Assembly (NCBI GenBank): GCA_022072505.1
Contig: JAJVHU010000010.1
Location: 29,772-93,771 of the forward strand
Reading direction: 5' to 3'
DNA length: 64,000 bases
Source: Phycisphaerae bacterium
GTDB lineage: Bacteria; Planctomycetota; Phycisphaerae; UBA1845
The position numbers were made by a program, and so were the translations under genes. Positions 48,308 through 57,923 of this stretch are shown piece by piece. The notes beneath the pieces were generated by a model. The model was given only the letters and a program-made list of their open reading frames with translations. It did not search any database and was not told the DNA's origin. Position 1 is the first letter of the stretch. Every line of letters starts with the position of its first letter.

Positions 48308-49975
48308 TCACCGCTCCCGCCTCACGTCCGGCGTGACGCCTTCGTCCCCGATCCGGCGCACCGAGGTTCCGAAGCGATCCCCGCGGCCCGCTGCGACGAA
48401 GATCTGGACGGCGGCTCCCAGCGCCAGCAGCGTCGCCGCCCCCTCCCACGGCGCATACCGACGGTGCGCGGAGACGAAATTGCGGTACCGAAGCGCCAGC
48501 GCCTCCTCCTCCGTCGCCGGCAGGGCGCTGCGATGTTCCGGTGGCGTCTGCCGCACCGCCTCGCGGTAGACCCGCCGCGTGTCCGCCTCGAGCTTCAACG
48601 ACCACGCATCCGCCGGAATGTCCAGCCAGTGATGCACCGTCACCTGAAGCGTCGCCACGACGATCAATCCGGCGACGCCCCACCGCAACGCCGGAAGGCG
48701 CAACATCGCGGCGATCAGAAAGGGCAGACAGAGCAGCACATAACGCTCATGCACCCGCGTCGGAAGCATCACCGCCGCCAACAACCACGCCCCCGCGAAA
48801 ACGACGGTCCCCGTCGCTGACGACGCCCCAGCCCGCCAGACCCGCCGTGCAATGCACATCAGACCTCCGGCGAGGAACGCTTTCCCCCACGCATCCTTGC
48901 TCAGCCCCGCCCACGTTGCCGAGACGGACGTGTCCAGCGTCCGCAGCAGGTCAAGGTACCAGATATTGAACGCCTTCAAGGTCGTGTGCGGCGCTTCATC
49001 AAGGAGGTTCCGCACGAAGCTCTGCATGAACCAGGCAGACCCGGACGTCATCCAGAAAGGCGCCGCCAGCGCGTTGAGCGCGAGCAGCGCCGTCGCCGCG
49101 CCGCGCACGACGCGCCACGGTTCCGGTTTCGGCGCTCCCGACCGCGTCTCCGTGAAGAACGCCCACGCCCAGACCGGGGCAAAAAGCAGCGCTTGCGTCT
49201 TCAATCCGAGGGCAACCCCCCACGCCACGCCTGCCGCGGTCCAGCGCCGACGCACCAGCATCTCGGTCATGAACACGCCCGGCGCCAGCACCCAGCTTTC
49301 CGTCTGTCCCCACCAGCACGAGTCCAGCCAGAACGGCGGCGACAGATACGTAAGAATGAACGCCAGCCGCGCCGCCCGCTCATCCGCCAGCCGTCGCGTC
49401 AGCCGCATCACCGCCAGCGCCAGCAACCCGTCGAACACCACGCCCGGCGCCTGAAACACGCAGCGCGCGATGATCGTGTTGGCGACAAACTGCGGCGGCG
49501 ACCGTCGCCCCTGCTCATCGCGCGGGAGCGTCAGCGGTTCAAGCAACCGCAGCACGTGTCCTTCCAGCGCAATCAGCGCCAGCGAAAGCGGGGGGTAGTT
49601 GGCGACCAGACCGCTGCCTTCGTGAATCCAGTGCTCGCCCGAGCTGATCCGCACTTTGATCCGCGGATCCGGAGGCCGCGTGTACAAACTCAGCCATCCG
49701 TGCTGGACGGCGTGCCGACCCCACTGCACGTACGCGCCGTGATCCGCAGGCCACGCATGAAGGCTCCAGTCCGCCGGCACGCCTCCGTCGTCGCGCGGGG
49801 GCAATCCGACGACCGCGGACGTCGCCTTGAAGATCGCACCCCAGACCGGCTTGCCCTCAGGGCTGCTCAGCGGAAGGCAAGCGATGCGCAGGATCGTCCC
49901 CGCCGCCACGGCGATGAGAAGTCGGCGTCGCAGCGGACGGCCCTCGGTCGCGCCGATCGGCAGGGGTGTTTGCAT
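48308..49975 (-). CDS. Polytopic membrane protein, GT-C-fold glycosyltransferase-like
   Basis: Internal ATG gives MQTPLPIG... More than 10 predicted TM helices. VANYPPLSLALIAL resembles PMT_2/DUF2029-type mannosyltransferases. Family assignment is tentative. Confidence 0.4.
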   Translation of the reverse strand: MQTPLPIGATEGRPLRRRLLIAVAAGTILRIACLPLSSPEGKPVWGAIFKATSAVVGLPPRDDGGVPADWSLHAWPADHGAYVQWGRHAVQHGWLSLYTRPPDPRIKVRISSGEHWIHEGSGLVANYPPLSLALIALEGHVLRLLEPLTLPRDEQGRRSPPQFVANTIIARCVFQAPGVVFDGLLALAVMRLTRRLADERAARLAFILTYLSPPFWLDSCWWGQTESWVLAPGVFMTEMLVRRRWTAAGVAWGVALGLKTQALLFAPVWAWAFFTETRSGAPKPEPWRVVRGAATALLALNALAAPFWMTSGSAWFMQSFVRNLLDEAPHTTLKAFNIWYLDLLRTLDTSVSATWAGLSKDAWGKAFLAGGLMCIARRVWRAGASSATGTVVFAGAWLLAAVMLPTRVHERYVLLCLPFLIAAMLRLPALRWGVAGLIVVATLQVTVHHWLDIPADAWSLKLEADTRRVYREAVRQTPPEHRSALPATEEEALALRYRNFVSAHRRYAPWEGAATLLALGAAVQIFVAAGRGDRFGTSVRRIGDEGVTPDVRRER

Positions 49976-50186
49976 GACCTGCACGGGCGGAAGAATACCG
50001 CCGCCGCAATCAAGCCTCCACCGCCCTCCGGGTTCGCAGGACCGGGGGATTGCGAGGTCCGGCGCGCAAAGGTTCGTTAAAGACACAAGGCAAAACCCGC
50101 CGAAGGACATTGACACCGCGCCGGATGCGTGTGTAATTCGGACGGCGGGTGACGAAGGAGGGGCGCCGCGTCGCGGCGGAACGTGT

Positions 50187-50540
50187 ATGTCAATTCAGAC
50201 CTGGTCCGACACAATTCGAGTCGCCGAGCTTCAGGATGACCCGGCGTTCAGCGACGACGTTGCCGCGCTCACCGAGCAGGTCGAGCAGGGGGGAACGTTC
50301 GATGTCGTGCTGGATTTCCGCGGCGTCCGCTACCTGAACTCGTCGAACATCGCCAAGCTTCTTCGCCTGCGCAAGGCGATCATCCTGCGACAACGCCGCC
50401 TCGTGATCGCGGGGGTCGGCACGCAGGTCTGGGGCATGTTCCTCGTCACCGGACTGGAGAAGATCTTCGAGTTCGCCGACAGCGTGGACACCGCGCTGCT
50501 GACCGTGCAGATCGCCGGAGGCGTTCCCGAGGAAGTCTGA
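50187..50540 (+). CDS. STAS-domain protein (anti-sigma-factor antagonist-like)
   Basis: 117 aa from the ATG at 50187. VVLDFRGVRYLNSSNIAKLLRLRK..LVIAGVGTQVWGMFLVTGLEKIFEF fits the SpoIIAA pattern. Confidence 0.65.
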   Translation: MSIQTWSDTIRVAELQDDPAFSDDVAALTEQVEQGGTFDVVLDFRGVRYLNSSNIAKLLRLRKAIILRQRRLVIAGVGTQVWGMFLVTGLEKIFEFADSVDTALLTVQIAGGVPEEV

Positions 50541-50562
50541 CACGCTCCGGTCCGACGCCCGC

Positions 50563-51996
50563 TCAGGATCCTGAACCCCTCGCCGCCGCCGCACCGTCCG
50601 ACGAACCCGTCAGAAGGCAGGTGCGCTCGCCGCATCGTTCATATTCCGCGCAGATTTCCGACAGCGCCTCCAGCGCCGAAGGCGCTCGCCGGATCAGCGC
50701 GACGACCAGCCCGCCGCACCCGCGCCCGGAGGACTTCGCGCCCAGAATCCCCGACGCCGCCCCGCAACGCCGCAACTGCGCCACGAGGCGGTCGGTCTGC
50801 ACCGACCCCAGACCGCAGCGCTGGCTGTGACTCCAGTGCGAGGCGTACATCAGCTCGCCCGCTTCGACCAGCGTGTCCGCGTCCCCGGTGCGCGCATACC
50901 GCGAGAGGCGCTCGGCAAACTGCACGCTCCGCGCGTTCTCGTAGATATGATGCTCCGTGCGCGACCGGACCTTGTACGTCGTCCGCGGATCGATCCGCAC
51001 CCGCGGGTCGATCTCGTCGCCGAAACGCGCGATGAAATCCTCCCCCGACAGCCGCGTCGGAAGACGGTCACGGAAGCGCTCGACGTAGTCGCTCATCGTG
51101 AGGCGCGAGAGCAGCCCGTCAAGACGAAGGTGCGACAGCTTCTCGTGCGACGCAATGCGCTCGATGAGCACCCGCCCCATCTGAGCCGCCGCACGCGTGT
51201 GACACAACGATGTCACCCAGTCCCGAGACGTCGAACCGCACACAATGCCCACCAGCGCCGCGTCCTCCGGAAGCGACAGCGGCGAGTCCGCCAGCAGCGG
51301 GCGACCCCTCGCCGGAAGCAGGCTTTGCGCCCGTCCGACCAGCGCCGCCAGCGCATCCACCTGGCCGCAGGGACGGCGCAGCACGGCGAATTCCGCGTCG
51401 GCGCACACCTGAGCCGCGCGCTGCACGTCCAGCGCCGCGCCCGAAAGCTTGGCGCACGCCGACAACGCCGCAGCCGCCGTCGCGGGCGCCGATCCCAGGT
51501 CCGTCTCGCCGGGCGGCACGTTCTCCACGATCGAGAACGAGACGCCACGATCCGCGCCGGAGAGCATTCCCGCACGGATTCCGCCGACCCACGCCGCGAT
51601 CGCCAGCGCCGCCGCGGGCTCCGCCGTCGCGGGAATGCGGGCGACCGCCTCCTCAACCGTCGGTGCTCCGGTCCCTCCGTCGCGCAACGCGGCAAGCGGC
51701 AGCGAGAGGCTTTTGACCGCGTCGCCGCCCGACGGTCGCCGAACCTGAACGAAAACGGTCTGGTCCTCGCGGGCACGAACCGTCACACGAACCCCGTATT
51801 CCAGCGGATACGTCAGCACCAGAGCGCCGCTGCATTCCGCCAGCCCGCCCATCACCTCGAGACGCAGCGGCGCCGCGGACACCGACGCCGCCCCGACTCC
51901 CGCGGGGACGTCCTCCGCCGACGCCGTCCGACGAGCGGGCGCGGAACGCCCCACCACGGTTGTCGGCGTGACCATCACGTTCGGTTCGTCGTTCAT
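50563..51996 (-). CDS. GHMP-kinase family protein (divergent galactokinase-like)
   Basis: RPCGQVDAL (compare the galactokinase signature CGxMDQ). GAKSSGRGCGGLVVALI (GHMP motif III). Motifs I and II are degenerate. Confidence 0.55.
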   Translation of the reverse strand: MNDEPNVMVTPTTVVGRSAPARRTASAEDVPAGVGAASVSAAPLRLEVMGGLAECSGALVLTYPLEYGVRVTVRAREDQTVFVQVRRPSGGDAVKSLSLPLAALRDGGTGAPTVEEAVARIPATAEPAAALAIAAWVGGIRAGMLSGADRGVSFSIVENVPPGETDLGSAPATAAAALSACAKLSGAALDVQRAAQVCADAEFAVLRRPCGQVDALAALVGRAQSLLPARGRPLLADSPLSLPEDAALVGIVCGSTSRDWVTSLCHTRAAAQMGRVLIERIASHEKLSHLRLDGLLSRLTMSDYVERFRDRLPTRLSGEDFIARFGDEIDPRVRIDPRTTYKVRSRTEHHIYENARSVQFAERLSRYARTGDADTLVEAGELMYASHWSHSQRCGLGSVQTDRLVAQLRRCGAASGILGAKSSGRGCGGLVVALIRRAPSALEALSEICAEYERCGERTCLLTGSSDGAAAARGSGS

Positions 51997-52026
51997 TCGC
52001 GGGCCTTTCGGAGGGCTTGTCCGAAC

Positions 52027-52419
52027 CTAACATACCTCGCGCAGAACCGCCTCGTCCACCAGAAGCGGCACGTCCCGTCCGGCGCTGATCGCAATCGCGT
52101 CCGACGGACGCGAGTCAACCTCCACGACCTCGCCGTCTCTGCGGATCACGAGCTTTGCATAAAACGTGCCGTCGTGCAACTCGGGAATCACGACCTTCTC
52201 CAACGTCCCGCCGAGCTGCTCGATCAACGTCAGCGCCAGATCGTGCGTCAGGGGACGCGGCGTTTTTTCCCCTTTGACCCGACGATCGATCGCCAGCGCC
52301 TCGAATTTCCCGATCTGGATCGTGAACGCGCGGTCCCCCTTGACCTCCTTCAGCACGATCGTGTGCTGAGTGTCGGGCTCCACCATCACGATGCGCGCCA
52401 GTCTCATCCGAACGAGCAT
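52027..52419 (-). CDS. Bifunctional nuclease (BFN/DUF151) family protein
   Basis: Internal ATG gives MLVRMRLARIVMVEPDTQHTIVLKE..FTIQIGKFEALAI..RPLTHDL..DSRPSDAIAI. Confidence 0.75.
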   Translation of the reverse strand: MLVRMRLARIVMVEPDTQHTIVLKEVKGDRAFTIQIGKFEALAIDRRVKGEKTPRPLTHDLALTLIEQLGGTLEKVVIPELHDGTFYAKLVIRRDGEVVEVDSRPSDAIAISAGRDVPLLVDEAVLREVC

Positions 52420-52491
52420 TCCGTCATTCTCCCCCGGCGCGGGCCGGCGAGTCATAACCGTCCGCGCCGCAGGCGTCAAAACCCTCCGCCG

Positions 52492-53376
52492 TCACGCCCC
52501 CTGATCTGAGGCGACGACCTCCGCAACCGACGCGTCGGCGTCAAGGCTGGACAGCGCTTCATCGCCCAGACTCGCCGTCAAGGCGTCGATCGGAAACCGC
52601 CCGGCGCGGACGTCCGCCGCGTAGGCGCGAAACGCCGCCGAACACGCCTCGTTCAACTCCGCATAACGCTTCACCGAACGCGGCGGATGTCCGGCCCCCA
52701 GACCCAGCACGTCATGCAGCACCACCACCTGCGCGTCCGTCCGCGATCCGGATACGCATCCGATCACCGGGACTTCCGCCTTCGCCGCAATGCGCTCCGC
52801 CAGCTCCAGCGGCACCGCTTCGAGAAGAAGCATCACCGCTCCCGCCCGCTGCATCATCGCCGCCTCGATCATCAGTCGCCGGGCGTCGCGCGCGTCCCGA
52901 CCTTGAACGCGGTACCCGCCGTGAACGTGGATCGACTGCGGCCTCAGCCCCAGGTGCGCCACGATCGGAATCGACGCCGCGGACATCGCCTCGACCGTCG
53001 GCGCCAGACGATCGTCCACCTCGATCTTCACCGCGTCGCATCCGCCTTCCGACATGAACCGCCCGGCGTTGCGGATCGCCTCCTCCACGTTGACCTGGTA
53101 GCTCAGGTAGGGCATGTCGCCGATCAGATAGACGTTCGGCGCGCCGCGCCGGACCGCCTGCGTGATCGTGATCATCTGGTCCATCGTCGCCGGCAACGTC
53201 GTCAAGTGCCCGAGGCACACCTCCGCATACGTGTCGCCGACCAGAATGCTTTCCACGCCGGCGCCTTCGATCAGGCGCGCCATCGTGCAGTCGTAGCAGG
53301 TCAGCACCGAGAACTTGCGCCCCTCGCGCTTCATCCCCCTCAGCGTGGCCAACGTGATTTTCGCCTGAGCGGACAT
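52492..53376 (-). CDS. panB: 3-methyl-2-oxobutanoate hydroxymethyltransferase
   Basis: MSAQAKITLATLRGMKREGRKFSVLTCYD, ILVGDT and GGCDAVKIE. Confidence 0.93.
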   Translation of the reverse strand: MSAQAKITLATLRGMKREGRKFSVLTCYDCTMARLIEGAGVESILVGDTYAEVCLGHLTTLPATMDQMITITQAVRRGAPNVYLIGDMPYLSYQVNVEEAIRNAGRFMSEGGCDAVKIEVDDRLAPTVEAMSAASIPIVAHLGLRPQSIHVHGGYRVQGRDARDARRLMIEAAMMQRAGAVMLLLEAVPLELAERIAAKAEVPVIGCVSGSRTDAQVVVLHDVLGLGAGHPPRSVKRYAELNEACSAAFRAYAADVRAGRFPIDALTASLGDEALSSLDADASVAEVVASDQGA

Positions 53377-53604
53377 GATCGTTGATCGCCCCAACCTACC
53401 CGGCGCTCACCGCGACGGCAAGCCGCTTCGGCAGCCCGGCGCGTCGCGCTTGTTCCGTCCGGAACGAAGTCCGCCGCCAGGACGGTTCCGGCTGGTCAGC
53501 ATGTCTTTGCAACGTTATCATGCCGCCCGGCGCAGGAGAGTGAAACTCGTCTGGGAGAGGCCTGAGCGGACGTGCAGGCGGCGTCCCGGACGCGGAGCTG
53601 GCGG

Positions 53605-54513
53605 ATGCGACGGCTCGTCATCGTCAATCAGAAGGGCGGCGTGGGCAAAACGACCACCACGGCCAACCTCGCCGCGGCGCTGGTGCGGCGCGGCTGGCGC
53701 GTCCTCCTGATCGACATGGACCCTCAGGCGCATCTGTCGATTCACTTCGGGTTTGATCCGGAAAGCAATGAACCGACCGTCTACGAGGTTCTGACTCAGG
53801 GCGCTCCCGTCGCCGAGATCATGCGCGACACCGACGAGGGCTTGCGCTTACTGCCCGCCTGCGTGGATCTCGCCGCGGCCGAGGTTGAACTCGCGGGCGT
53901 CAACGACCGGCATGACCTCCTTCGCAACGCCCTGTCCGCGGTCGAAAACCAGTTTGACGCGATTCTGGTGGACTGCGCCCCGTCGCTCGGGCTGCTGACG
54001 CTGAACGCCTTGTGCGCCGGCTTTGAAGTCATCATCCCCCTGCAACCGCATTTTCTAGCGCTTCAGGGCTTGATGAAGCTCGGACAAACCGTCGCCCTGG
54101 TTCGCGCCCGGCTGAACCCGATGTTGCGCATCGCCGGCGTCGTCGTCGTCATGCAGGACGCCGGGACGCTGTTGTCCGCGGAGGTGATCGCCGGGCTGGA
54201 GCAGATTCTCGCGGCGCACCGGCGCAGCGGCGACGCGTGGGGGGACGCCCGGATCTTCAGCACCCGGATCCGCCGCAACATCAAGCTCGCGGAATGCCCC
54301 AGCCACCAGACCTCGATCTTCACCTACGCGCCGAAAAGCAACGGAGCGCTGGACTACGCCGCGCTCGCCGACGAATTGTTCGGAACAGCCGCCGCGGTTC
54401 CGGTCGCGCCCGCCGACGCCGCGCCGCCCGTCTCCGCCGCAACGACGCGCGATCCGCATGACGCCGAAGATGCCGCGTCCTCTGAGGTCTCAGTGAGGAC
54501 CGCGACCGCCTGA
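53605..54513 (+). CDS. ParA/Soj-like ATPase (no ParB adjacent)
   Basis: ATG at 53605 has GGAG 7 nt upstream. Deviant Walker A VNQKGGVGKTTTTANLAAAL. Also LLIDMDPQ. Confidence 0.85.
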   Translation: MRRLVIVNQKGGVGKTTTTANLAAALVRRGWRVLLIDMDPQAHLSIHFGFDPESNEPTVYEVLTQGAPVAEIMRDTDEGLRLLPACVDLAAAEVELAGVNDRHDLLRNALSAVENQFDAILVDCAPSLGLLTLNALCAGFEVIIPLQPHFLALQGLMKLGQTVALVRARLNPMLRIAGVVVVMQDAGTLLSAEVIAGLEQILAAHRRSGDAWGDARIFSTRIRRNIKLAECPSHQTSIFTYAPKSNGALDYAALADELFGTAAAVPVAPADAAPPVSAATTRDPHDAEDAASSEVSVRTATA

Positions 54514-54526
54514 AACGCAGGAGCGC

Positions 54527-54937
54527 ATGTTCGGATTCCGCTTCACAATCCGGTCACGCCGCGTCCTCGTCGGGGCGTGGCTCATGTACTGGGCGGCGAT
54601 GGCGATCGCCACGCATTTGCCCGTCCCTGACGGTCTGCGCATTCCGATCCGCGAGGGGGACAAGCTCCTGCACGTGCTGATGTATTTCGTGCTGACGATG
54701 CTCGGCGGGCGCGTGCTGCTTTCGACGCCCGCGCCCCCGACGCCGCGTCGGCTGGCGATGTGGGCCCTCGTCTACGCGGCATACGGCGCGATCGACGAAG
54801 CGTTGCAGCCCCTCGTCGGTCGGCACGCCAGCGTTCAGGACTGGATCGCCAACGTCTTCGGCATCCTTCTGGCGTCCTCGATCCTCAGCACGCAACTGGA
54901 TCGCGGGCAGGAAAGCCCCGGCGACGCCGCCAAGTAG
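54527..54937 (+). CDS. VanZ-like membrane protein
   Basis: Four TM helices, DKLLHVLMYFVLTML and GAIDEALQ. Confidence 0.6.
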   Translation: MFGFRFTIRSRRVLVGAWLMYWAAMAIATHLPVPDGLRIPIREGDKLLHVLMYFVLTMLGGRVLLSTPAPPTPRRLAMWALVYAAYGAIDEALQPLVGRHASVQDWIANVFGILLASSILSTQLDRGQESPGDAAK

Positions 54938-54960
54938 AACCGCGGAATCATTTACCCGAA

Positions 54961-55010
54961 CCGCGTGGCTTCAGCCCGCGCGAAGCGTCGCGCGGGGTAA
55001 ACCCCGCGGC
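54961..55010. repeat. Pair of REP-like hairpin units between converging genes
   Basis: CCGCGTGGCTTCAGCCCGCGCGA (54961-54983) and the inverted-type unit TCGCGCGGGGTAAACCCCGCGGC (54988-55010). Confidence 0.7.
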
Positions 55011-55041
55011 TCAGCGCGGGACATTCATTCCGCGTTCCTAC

Positions 55042-56247
55042 TTAGGTGAGCCGCAACCACGCGGCCTTGAGATACTCGCCTTCCGGGAAATCCAGCCGCA
55101 CCGGGTGATCCGCTCCCGCGCCGGTCAACTCAACAAGCTGGACCGCGCGCCCGGTCTGGTGGGCGACCGTCCGCAGCATCCGCACGAACTCCTCCCGGTG
55201 CAGCGCCCCGCTGCAACTGCACGTCAGCAGCCACCCGCCCGGCCGCACGAGGGGCATCGCGAGGCGGTTCAGGTCGAAGTACTTCCGACGCCCGTCGCCC
55301 TCGTCCTTCGGACCGAACACCAGCTTCGGCGGGTCCAGCACAACGGCGTCGAACGTCCGCCCGTTCATCTGCATCTGCCGCAGATATCCGAAGGCGTCCG
55401 CATGAACCGCGTCCACGCGCACCTGGTTGAGGTCCGCGTTGCGCCGCAACAGCGCCACCGCCTCCTCATCCAGATCGACGCACGTCACCGCCTTCGCGCC
55501 CCCGCGCACCGCGGCGTACAACCCGAACCCCCCGGTGTAGGCGCAGGCGTCGAGCACCTCGCCGCCGCGCACCCGCTCCGCGAAGCGCCGACGGTTCTCC
55601 CGCTGATCGCAGAAGAACCCGGTCTTGTGTCCCGTCGTGAACGACACCCGGAACCGCACGCCGTTCTCCGTAATCTTCAACTCGTCCGGCAAGTCCGTCG
55701 AGCGGATCGCCTTCGCCTGAAAGCCCTCCAGTTCCTGCACCCGCGCCGACGCCTCCACCCGATGCCGCCGCGTACCGCAGGCCTCGTGCAGAAGCGGCAG
55801 CAGACGCTCGATCATCCGGTACATCCCCAGACTGAAAAGCTCCACCGCCAGCACCTCGCCGTAACGATCCGCGACCAGTCCCGACAGACCGTCGCCCTCA
55901 GAATGAATCATCCGGCAGGCGTCGGTCGTCTCCGGGAGACGGAGCGCCTCGACGCGCAGTTGCGCCGCGCGGAAGATCGCGTCGCGCCAGAACGTCTCGT
56001 CCGCGTCCAGCGCGCCGGTCCGCAGCATCCGCAGCGCAATCTGGGAATGCGGATTGTATTGCGCGCAGCCCAGCGCCTGCCCGCCGCGGTCGTACACCGC
56101 CACCACCTGCCCCGGACGGGCGTCGGGCGAAGCCGTGCGGAGCATCCGCTTGTAGACGAACATCCCCGGCGCGGACGGACGCACCTCGACCCACGGCGCG
56201 ACTTTCTTCGTCGCCTCATCCTTCCGGAATTCCTTCGGGTGCTCCAT
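55042..56247 (-). CDS. RlmI-like SAM-dependent rRNA (cytosine-C5) methyltransferase
   Basis: Internal ATG at 56247 gives MEHPKEF... GFFCDQRENR, VLDACAYTGGFGLYAA and VVLDPPKL. The 92 upstream codons of the track ORF were rejected. Confidence 0.8.
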   Translation of the reverse strand: MEHPKEFRKDEATKKVAPWVEVRPSAPGMFVYKRMLRTASPDARPGQVVAVYDRGGQALGCAQYNPHSQIALRMLRTGALDADETFWRDAIFRAAQLRVEALRLPETTDACRMIHSEGDGLSGLVADRYGEVLAVELFSLGMYRMIERLLPLLHEACGTRRHRVEASARVQELEGFQAKAIRSTDLPDELKITENGVRFRVSFTTGHKTGFFCDQRENRRRFAERVRGGEVLDACAYTGGFGLYAAVRGGAKAVTCVDLDEEAVALLRRNADLNQVRVDAVHADAFGYLRQMQMNGRTFDAVVLDPPKLVFGPKDEGDGRRKYFDLNRLAMPLVRPGGWLLTCSCSGALHREEFVRMLRTVAHQTGRAVQLVELTGAGADHPVRLDFPEGEYLKAAWLRLT

Positions 56248-56537
56248 CGCGAGGGCATCATACCGCGGGACCGCCGACGCGACGCCCGCGCGTCCGGGAA
56301 TCGCGCCCGCCGGCGGCAAACGTCCGCGATCGGGCGGAATCTGCGCCCCGGCGCCGACCGGAATCGTAGCGTTGACCTGGCACTGGCGTCGCGGCGGGAG
56401 ACTTGCTCCCGTCGCGGTCGGCATGTGGCTCCCTGTTACCGTCAAAGCGGATTCGCCGGCGCGGCAACGTCGCCGGGACGGTGCGTCCGCGTACTGGCCC
56501 GTCGGCGCTTCGCCGACCGGCACGGGGAGGCCTGCTC

Positions 56538-57848
56538 ATGCGCGCCGGAGCGTTTTCAATTCCGCAACGTCGGCGACCGCGCTCGCGGCGCCGGGGCGTC
56601 GTCGCGGTCCAGGTGGTCATCATGCTGGTGGTCATCCTCGGATTCGCCGCTCTGACGATCGACATCGGAAACGTCTACCGCGCCCGCGGCGAGCTTCAGC
56701 GCGCCGCCGACTCCGGCGCCCTCGCCGGCGTGTCCGCGTTCCTCGGCGACAACATGCTCGAGGCCCTGCAATCCGGCTACGACGGCGCGCCCGATCCGTC
56801 GCTCATCGATCCGATCCACGACGCCGCGGACACGCGCGCCGTCGCTTACAGCGAGAAGAACAACACGCTTCAGACGCCGACGAAGGTCGAGGACGGCGAC
56901 GTCGTGCTCGGGCACTTCGACTTTTCGGATCCCGGCGCGGAACTCGACGCCGAGGCCGACCCGGCGAACTTCAACGCGGTCGCGCTGACCGTGCGCCGGA
57001 CGTCGGACGGAACCAACGGCGGCGTGCCTTACTGGTTCGCCCGCGTCTTCGGACTTTCCGACGGGCAGACCGCGGCGACGGCCACGGCGGCGTTCGACGA
57101 CCGTTTCAGCGGATACCGCGAGGACGACCGCGGCAATTATCTGATCCCTTTCACGATCCACATCGACGAGTATGAGAATCAGTTCCACAACGGCGACGAT
57201 GACTGGAGCTACGACGGCGGCAACGACGACGTCAACGAGACGGGCGACGGGATCCGCGAGATTAAGCTCTTCCCTTACAAACTCAGCGGCGGAGGGAACG
57301 ACGATAACAACGGCAACGGAAACAGCAACGGCAAGAAAGGCGGCGGCGGCGGCGGCAGCAGCGGGGACGACGGCGACGAGGATCAGCAGGGAGGCTCGGG
57401 AAACTTCGGACTGCTCAACGTCGGCAACCCGAATCAGGGCGTTCCCCTGATCGAAGACCAGATCATCGACGGGGTCACCGCCGACAATCTGGAGGCGGAA
57501 GTCGGGACGAGCACGCTTACGTTCTTCGATGAGGACGGCGACGAGAAGACTTATGACATCACCGGGTCGCCCGGCATGAAGGTCGGCATCGAAGACGCCG
57601 TTGAGCAGCGGATCGGCGACATCGTCGGGTTCTTCGTCCACGATCAGGTGACCGACGGCGGCGCCAACTGCACCTACCGGGTCGTCGGCATCCGTTTCGG
57701 ACGCCTGCTGCACATCGACCTGACCGGCAATCCGGACGACAAGGCGATCATCATTCAACCGGTGATCTTCAACGCTCCGAACATCCTGACGAACCCGAAC
57801 GCCGCGCCGTCCGGCGGGCAGGTCGGACGCCTCAGTCTCGTCCGGTAG
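56538..57848 (+). CDS. TadG-like (Flp pilus assembly TadE/G-like N-terminal domain) protein with a Gly/Asn/Asp low-complexity insert
   Basis: ATG at 56538 has GGGGAGG 7 nt upstream. RRGVVAVQVVIMLVVILGFAALTIDIGNVYRARGELQRAADSGALAG. Insert GGGNDDNNGNGNSNGKKGGGGGGSSGDDGDEDQQGGSG. Confidence 0.65.
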   Translation: MRAGAFSIPQRRRPRSRRRGVVAVQVVIMLVVILGFAALTIDIGNVYRARGELQRAADSGALAGVSAFLGDNMLEALQSGYDGAPDPSLIDPIHDAADTRAVAYSEKNNTLQTPTKVEDGDVVLGHFDFSDPGAELDAEADPANFNAVALTVRRTSDGTNGGVPYWFARVFGLSDGQTAATATAAFDDRFSGYREDDRGNYLIPFTIHIDEYENQFHNGDDDWSYDGGNDDVNETGDGIREIKLFPYKLSGGGNDDNNGNGNSNGKKGGGGGGSSGDDGDEDQQGGSGNFGLLNVGNPNQGVPLIEDQIIDGVTADNLEAEVGTSTLTFFDEDGDEKTYDITGSPGMKVGIEDAVEQRIGDIVGFFVHDQVTDGGANCTYRVVGIRFGRLLHIDLTGNPDDKAIIIQPVIFNAPNILTNPNAAPSGGQVGRLSLVR

Positions 57849-57923
57849 TGTCGGGCGGCGCCGCGCCGGACCCGGACGCCCACGCGGGCAGGGCGTCCGG
57901 GAGAGCGCGGCGGTGCGCCCCGG

